64,000 nt of DNA from Deltaproteobacteria bacterium (GTDB lineage Bacteria > Myxococcota_A > UBA796 > UBA9615), in contig JAGSHC010000001.1 of the NCBI GenBank assembly GCA_023954745.1, forward strand, positions 14,356 through 78,355, written 5' to 3'. The notes beneath the pieces are model-generated. The model searched no databases. It was given only the letters and a program-made list of their open reading frames with translations, and had not been told where the DNA came from. The position numbers and the translations under genes were made by a program. Shown here one piece after another: positions 59,034 to 64,000 of the stretch (position 1 is its first letter; each line of letters opens with the position of its first letter).

Positions 59034-60770
59034 GTGACTGCCTGGCGCCTCCTCCCGATGCTCGCCCTTCTGGCTCCGCTCCCCGCGGTGGGGCAGGCGG
59101 TCTCGCAGCATTCCGAGCCGGGGCCTGCGGCCAAGTCGAGTGGCCCGCTCCCCACCCTCTCGGGGATCCCCATCACCTTCGAGTGCACCGGCGAGTTGCC
59201 GCCGAACCACCCGGTCCTTGGCCGCTATCCCGGGCAAGACGCCCACTCTCTGGCGGAAGCCGGGGGCCTCTCGGGAGCAGCCGAGTACATCGATCAGTCC
59301 GTCTGTGGCTCGCTCTGGCGCGTCCTCGAGGATGCGGGAGCCCACCGCGCACCCACCGATGTGCGCCTGCCTGCGCGCGGCGTGCTCCAGGCGAGCCTCA
59401 AGCGGATGTGGATCGAGGGAAGCCGCGTGGTCGAGCAACGCATTGGGTCCACGATCATGCCCATGTCCATTCCCCACTGGGCCGTGGCGATGTCGTGGGA
59501 GGTCACGTTCACCGTGGAGTACTCGGGCAGCCTGGAGGGCCGCAGCGACGAGGGGCGCCTGCTCTTCGAGATGGCCGGAGCAGCGGAGCAGGACGACTAC
59601 GCCCAGCTGAACTTGGATTCGCTGTTGCGCGGGGCCGCCCTCGAGACCTTCGCGGACCTCCCCCGGGTCCTGGCCGACGACGGACATCTGGGCGACCTGC
59701 TCTTTGCAGTCGTCCCATCGCCCGAGCAGGCGCCAGAGGAGCTCGAGCTCGCAGGGGAGGCTGCCGAGGGCTTCTGGCAGCTCTTGTCGACCCGTTCGGA
59801 GCAGCGACACGACGCCATGGCCTTCTACCTGGCCAGCGATGCGCTCACTGTCGCCCGTCGCGTGGAGCTGGCCCGCTGGTTTCTCATCAATGACCCGGAC
59901 GTGAGCCTCCGTCGTGACGCCCTCGGCTGGCTGCTCCACCAGGAGAACTCCGACCCCGACGCGGACTTCTCGGCGCCGATGATGGAGCTGCTGTCGTGGC
60001 TCGTCCTCCGGGAGCGGAGCTCGAGGGTCCGGGCTGAGGCAGTGCGGGTCCTCGGGACGCGGCCGGGAGAGCAGACCCGGCTGTTGCTCGTAGCCGCAAG
60101 CACCGACGCCGACAAGAGGGTGGCCGACCGAGCGATGACGGGTCTGCGCAAGGAGCCGCCGCCGACCGCCGCCGACCTCGCGATGGTCCCCGCGGAGCCG
60201 GCGATGCCTGCGATGGCGAGCTGGACCTGGGCCCTGGACGGGCGCGTGGCTCCCAAGGTGCCCTCGGCACAGTCGCTGGTGGGTCTCGCTCTGGCGGTGG
60301 GCGGGCCTGCGGCGGAGACCTGGCTGGCGCGGTGGGCTGTCGGTGGAGAGCTCGGTCGCGGCGACGAGGAGTGGGCGTTCGACGCCTGGTCGCGGATGGT
60401 GCGAGAGGCTCCGCTGCGGGTGAAGGTGCACACCCTCGAGCGGCTCGCGTCTCTCGCTGGGCAGAGCGCGGTCGCCCAGCTCATCGAGGAGCGGATCGAC
60501 AAGGAGAAGCACCCCACTGTGCGGGTGGCGGCCATCTCCGCGGTGCGGCGCTTCGACCGGCCAGGTCTCGACAGCCTCCTGATCGAGGCGTCGCGCGCGG
60601 CGGAGACGGAGGTTCGGATCGCCGCAGTGGACGCCCTGACTCGAGTTCCTGGGCTCAAGGTGGACGAGCGGTTGGAGCGGCTCTCATCCGACGACCCGGA
60701 CAACAAGGTGCGTCGCCGCGCCCGGCGGGTGCTCAGGACCCGGGCGAAAGAAGCCTGGGACCAGGGTTAG
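59034..60770 (+). CDS. Secreted protein with C-terminal HEAT (PBS-lyase-like) repeats; paralog of 51636-54038
   Basis: GTG start with GAGGAGG upstream; signal peptide MTAWRLLPMLALLAPLPAVGQA; C-terminal repeats ...TVRVAAISAVRRF..., ...TEVRIAAVDALTRV..., ...DPDNKVRRRARRVL.... The 569-aa minus-strand ORF covering the same DNA is rejected. Confidence 0.65.
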   Translation: MTAWRLLPMLALLAPLPAVGQAVSQHSEPGPAAKSSGPLPTLSGIPITFECTGELPPNHPVLGRYPGQDAHSLAEAGGLSGAAEYIDQSVCGSLWRVLEDAGAHRAPTDVRLPARGVLQASLKRMWIEGSRVVEQRIGSTIMPMSIPHWAVAMSWEVTFTVEYSGSLEGRSDEGRLLFEMAGAAEQDDYAQLNLDSLLRGAALETFADLPRVLADDGHLGDLLFAVVPSPEQAPEELELAGEAAEGFWQLLSTRSEQRHDAMAFYLASDALTVARRVELARWFLINDPDVSLRRDALGWLLHQENSDPDADFSAPMMELLSWLVLRERSSRVRAEAVRVLGTRPGEQTRLLLVAASTDADKRVADRAMTGLRKEPPPTAADLAMVPAEPAMPAMASWTWALDGRVAPKVPSAQSLVGLALAVGGPAAETWLARWAVGGELGRGDEEWAFDAWSRMVREAPLRVKVHTLERLASLAGQSAVAQLIEERIDKEKHPTVRVAAISAVRRFDRPGLDSLLIEASRAAETEVRIAAVDALTRVPGLKVDERLERLSSDDPDNKVRRRARRVLRTRAKEAWDQG

Positions 60771-60793
60771 TCGCGAGGAGCCCGTACGGGCTC

Positions 60794-61591
60794 CTAGGGG
60801 GCAGCGCTCAGCACGGTCTCACCGGGGGTCTCTGGCGTCTGGGCTGACGGGTCGAGGGTGAGCAGGCCGCTCGCGCCGTCCACTGCCTGCTCCACGCGGA
60901 ACCGGATCTGCCCGCCCTCCCGGCTGAAGCCTGGTGGGATCCGACCCAGCAGCGTGGGGGTGTCTCCCTGGACGAGCCACACATGGTGCAGGTTGCCGTC
61001 CCCGGGGTCGCCGAGAGCCTCGGACGACAGCGTCGCGACGCCACTGGCCGCGTCGAGGAAGATCCTCGCGACGCGTCCCTCTCCAGCCAGGTTGATCACG
61101 TCGGCCCGCGGGCTCGCCGCGGACTGAAGCGTCTCGCTGAGCTGCCCCACCTGGCGCTCCAGGGAGCGCGTGTCGACGGTGCCCATCATCCGGGCTCGGG
61201 CTGCCTCGCCCTCGATCTGCTCGATTCCGTCCGTCTGGGTCTTTCCCCACCACGCGACGGCGATGACAGCGACCGCGCTCAAGGCGGTGAGCACCTTCCA
61301 CAGACGAAGGCGGTCCGTCTCCGGGAAGAGCACGGGAACCTCGTGCTGCTCCTGGGGCGTGCGCGCGATCTCCTCGAGCAAGGAGTCACGGCTGCCCTCG
61401 GGCGCCGACCGCGGAGTCAGCCCCAGGGGAATCGCGTAGTAGGACTCCATCAGTTGCTCGATCTCGACCGCGCAGGCTGCGCAGCCATCGCCGAGATGCA
61501 GCTGAATCCGCATCGCGTCTGCGCGCGAAGCGGAGTCCGCGGCGAAGGCGGCGTACATGGGCCGCAGATCGCGGCAGCGGTCCATCTCCAT
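60794..61591 (-). CDS. Anti-sigma factor (zinc-binding ChrR/RskA-like N-terminus, one TM, periplasmic C-terminus)
   Basis: An internal ATG (MEMDRCRDLRPMYAAF...) gives 265 aa. The H-x3-C-x2-C zinc motif is HLGDGCAACAVEIEQL, the TM is LTALSAVAVIAVAWW, and the start lies 1 nt after the sigma factor stop. Confidence 0.7.
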   Translation of the reverse strand: MEMDRCRDLRPMYAAFAADSASRADAMRIQLHLGDGCAACAVEIEQLMESYYAIPLGLTPRSAPEGSRDSLLEEIARTPQEQHEVPVLFPETDRLRLWKVLTALSAVAVIAVAWWGKTQTDGIEQIEGEAARARMMGTVDTRSLERQVGQLSETLQSAASPRADVINLAGEGRVARIFLDAASGVATLSSEALGDPGDGNLHHVWLVQGDTPTLLGRIPPGFSREGGQIRFRVEQAVDGASGLLTLDPSAQTPETPGETVLSAAP

Positions 61592-61592
61592 G

Positions 61593-62105
61593 TCAGCCCT
61601 CCGCGAGAGCGCGAGCGAAGGCGCGCAGAGGTTCGTCGAGGGTCGCGGGGTTGGGGACCGCCGCGCCCGACTCGTCGATGGGGTGGGAGAACCAGGCAGC
61701 TTCGAGGTGGTCTCGGTGCCCGCTCGCATCGAGGGCAGCGCTGATGTGGCCCGAGGCCTCACGGGCTTCGGCGCGCTCGGCCAGGGAGGGTGGCGTCGTC
61801 GCGGGGCCGCTCGCGTGGGCGCGCCGACGCTCTTCGAGCCACTCCACGCCCAGAGAGCGAGCCATGGACAGAGCCCAAAGAAGCGGCCGACCGACGTGCT
61901 GGTCGTAGAGGGGGGCCGCACGCCACATCTCCACCAGCGTGCGTCGGCTCAGGAGCTCGGCGGCCTCTGGGTCACGGAGCAGGCGCAGCAACGCCGCGTA
62001 CACCCAGGGTGAGACGGCGTCCCACATCTCAGCGGCTGCATCGGAGTCGCCAGACCCCATGCGCTCACAGAGCGCGACCAGGGTTGCGTCGTCGGGAAGG
62101 GACAT
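61593..62105 (-). CDS. ECF (sigma-70 family group IV) RNA polymerase sigma factor
   Basis: An internal ATG (MSLPDDATLVALCERMGSGDSDAAAEMWDAVSPWVYAALLRLL...) gives 170 aa with region 2 and region 4 (...RPLLWALSMARSLGVEWLEERRRA...). Confidence 0.8.
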   Translation of the reverse strand: MSLPDDATLVALCERMGSGDSDAAAEMWDAVSPWVYAALLRLLRDPEAAELLSRRTLVEMWRAAPLYDQHVGRPLLWALSMARSLGVEWLEERRRAHASGPATTPPSLAERAEAREASGHISAALDASGHRDHLEAAWFSHPIDESGAAVPNPATLDEPLRAFARALAEG

Positions 62106-62115
62106 GGCGCGAAGA

Positions 62116-63297
62116 CTACAGTTCGCGCTGCAAGGCCTGCACGATGTCCCAGCGACGCTGGCTGCCCCCGCCGTTGAGGCTGATGACGTAGCGCACGTCC
62201 CCGTGGGAGGTCGTGGTCGCATAGCCCACAACCGACTTCGTGATCTTGAGTGTGCCCGTCTTGTGGGACGAGTCGTGCCGTACACGCAGGAGCTTCTTGT
62301 GGGGCTCGAAGAGCGCGAGCGCCGCGGCGAAGGCGCCGCTGGTGGCCTTGTTGGCGTAGGAGATCCCCGAGCCCTCCACCATCGAGATTCCGGTCAGCTC
62401 GGGGTGCTTCGCGATGAACGCGTTGGCCACCTCGACGCTCTTGTCGAGGGAGGCGGGCGCTCCCTTTGCGTGGGCGCCCACCGCCAGAAACACCTGATTG
62501 GCGATGTAGTTGTTGGAGTAGTACAGCATCGCTGCGCAGACCTCTCCGAGCGTGCGGGAGTTCTGGTGGGTGTGGAGGGGTGCGCCCTCCGGGGCCTTCG
62601 AGTCGGTGACAGCGTCGCCGATCTTCGCGCCGGCGCCTCGCAGCTTGAGGGCGATGAGCTCTGCGGCGTATCGACGTGCGTCGGCAGGTCGCTTGCCGAT
62701 GTTGATGCGGTTCTCCCCCCGCACCCCTTCGCGCAGGGCGACCTCCTTGGCCAACGAGGTCAGCGGAGTCTGGTCCTCGGCCGACGTGACGACGCCGTCC
62801 TTCACCACCACGTTGATGGTGTTGAAGTTCACGGCCGTGGCTGAGTTCAAGGCGTCGTAGGGCTCGGTGGTCGACGTGACCCCGGGGATGGTGATGCCCT
62901 CGATGAACCAGCCGTCATCGATGGCGACACCGGCGAGTGTCTTGCCGTCGAGCTTCGGCGCGAGGTCCTTCACCAGCAAGTCGAGCTCCTCGCTGACGAG
63001 GAAGGGGTCCCCCTTGCCGCGCACGACGAGCATGTCGTCTACGACCCAGAAGTCTGTCTCGAAGCGCGCGTCGAGCCCCAGGGTGTCCGCCGCGAGGAGG
63101 GTGGTCATGACCTTGAGGGTGGAGGCGGGGGTGTATTCAGTGTCGGCGTTGTGGGAGACCAGGACCTCGCCCTGGGCATCGACAGCGAGCACGACGCCGT
63201 CACTGCCAGCCAGCTTGGCGACGGTGTCCTGCACCCCGGCGAGGGCCGGGCTCGCGAAGAGGAGGAGGGCGGAGGCGAGCAACAGGCGATGGTTCAA
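62116..63297 (-). CDS. dacB: D-alanyl-D-alanine carboxypeptidase/endopeptidase (PBP4 / S13 family)
   Basis: 393 aa with signal peptide MNHRLLLASALLLFASPALAG, the SxxK motif PASTLKVMT and a KTG-like KTGT(L). Confidence 0.75.
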   Translation of the reverse strand: MNHRLLLASALLLFASPALAGVQDTVAKLAGSDGVVLAVDAQGEVLVSHNADTEYTPASTLKVMTTLLAADTLGLDARFETDFWVVDDMLVVRGKGDPFLVSEELDLLVKDLAPKLDGKTLAGVAIDDGWFIEGITIPGVTSTTEPYDALNSATAVNFNTINVVVKDGVVTSAEDQTPLTSLAKEVALREGVRGENRINIGKRPADARRYAAELIALKLRGAGAKIGDAVTDSKAPEGAPLHTHQNSRTLGEVCAAMLYYSNNYIANQVFLAVGAHAKGAPASLDKSVEVANAFIAKHPELTGISMVEGSGISYANKATSGAFAAALALFEPHKKLLRVRHDSSHKTGTLKITKSVVGYATTTSHGDVRYVISLNGGGSQRRWDIVQALQREL

Positions 63298-64000
63298 GGG
63301 CTGATCCTTCCGTCGTCGTCGATGGAGACGGCGGTGTCGGGGAAGTCGGCGGCGGAGAGGGAGCGGAGCATGGTGATGGACTCCTTCTCGGGGTCGACCC
63401 GGGGTCCGCCGGGCGGGATCTGACGGCCGGGAATGACGCGCGCGCCAGCGAGGCGGCCGTCGGGGTGCAGGTCGGCTTCGAGGAGCACAGTGAGGCCGTT
63501 GGCTCCCGAGAGGTTGAAGCCCCCATACGTCACGAAGTTCCCGAGGGAGTAGGCGATGAGCCGCTCCTTGTAGATCTCCATCCCCCGAAGCACGTGGGGC
63601 CCGTGTCCGACGACGAGGTCGGCGCCGGCGTCGACAACCGCATGGGTGAACGCCCGCAGGTCGCCACGGTCCTCCCCCATGAACGTCTCGGTGCCTTCGG
63701 GCACGTGCTGAGCCTTCTTGCCCTCGGCCCCCCCATGGAACGAGACGACCACGATGTCGGCCTTGCCGGCCATCTGGGTGACCATCGCGCGGGCGAGGGG
63801 GATGTCCCGCACGTCTCCGCCCAGTGGGGAGGTGGCGAAGCCGAGCACGCCGACTTTGGTGCCGTTGACGTCGAGGATCACCTCGCGATCGAGCGGGCCG
63901 GCTACGGCGATCCCGTTGCTGTCCAGGGCTCCGGTGGTGCTCGACCGGCCCTCAGAGGAGTAGTCATTGGCGTGGTTGTTGGCGAAGGAGACGACATCGA
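63294..64000 (-). CDS. CapA/PGA_cap-family metallophosphoesterase (3' part; the gene runs off the window end)
   Basis: The reverse frame is open to the window end (...SFANNHANDYSSEGRSSTTGALDSNGIAVAGPLDREVILDVNGTKVGVLGFA...GNFVTYGGFN...). It overlaps the dacB start by 4 nt. Confidence 0.7.
   Translation of the reverse strand, partial: DVVSFANNHANDYSSEGRSSTTGALDSNGIAVAGPLDREVILDVNGTKVGVLGFATSPLGGDVRDIPLARAMVTQMAGKADIVVVSFHGGAEGKKAQHVPEGTETFMGEDRGDLRAFTHAVVDAGADLVVGHGPHVLRGMEIYKERLIAYSLGNFVTYGGFNLSGANGLTVLLEADLHPDGRLAGARVIPGRQIPPGGPRVDPEKESITMLRSLSAADFPDTAVSIDDDGRISP

Noticed and set aside
58803-60512. 569-aa minus-strand ORF covering the HEAT-repeat gene region
   Set aside because: Its composition is Arg/Pro-rich junk and there is no signal or domain. 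The plus-strand frame has a signal peptide, RBS and clear HEAT repeats.

Overview
This is a high-GC (~70%) bacterial chromosome window containing the chromosomal replication origin. The gene content (Hanks-type Ser/Thr kinase, many lipoproteins, ECF sigma/anti-sigma pair, STAND regulator) suggests a Myxococcota-like deltaproteobacterium; that placement is inference. The first ~24 kb is the conserved origin-proximal core. On the minus strand: parB(partial)-parA-rsmG-mnmG-[2x parS]-mnmE-jag-yidC-yidD-rnpA-rpmH. Divergent on the plus strand: dnaA-[DnaA-box cluster + AT-rich DUE]-dnaN-recF-gyrB. A block of fabH, two ArsA/Get3-like ATPases, a Ser/Thr kinase and a lipoprotein then separates gyrB from gyrA. 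From ~24 kb to 64 kb the window is accessory-like. It contains an M20 peptidase; a small membrane protein coupled to an AEP/Prim-Pol-like protein; a glycan-modification set split in two (GT2 + carbamoyltransferase; DegT aminotransferase + PP-loop ATPase); and two deletion scars (ypfJ and map remnants). It also has PhoD, an MBL hydrolase, a large tandem-wHTH/NB-ARC/TPR (STAND) regulator flanked by two lipoproteins sharing a poly-Asp repeat (one with a vWA domain), and a tight minus-strand cluster built around a HerA/DUF853-like ATPase with a long coiled-coil tail. The remainder is an 820-aa secreted coiled-coil protein, hutF plus a formylglutamate amidohydrolase, a fused 2-oxoacid dehydrogenase E1, two paralogous secreted HEAT-repeat proteins, an ECF sigma/anti-sigma pair, a PBP4-type DD-peptidase and a partial CapA-like gene. 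I found no rRNA, tRNA, CRISPR array, transposase or integrase. CDS coordinates are derived from the ORF track by codon arithmetic. Coordinates for the short motifs (parS, DnaA boxes, repeats) were read from the sequence by hand and anchored to nearby start/stop codons; treat them as accurate to about +/-2 bp. Several ORF-track starts are non-ATG (GTG/TTG) codons shown as M.
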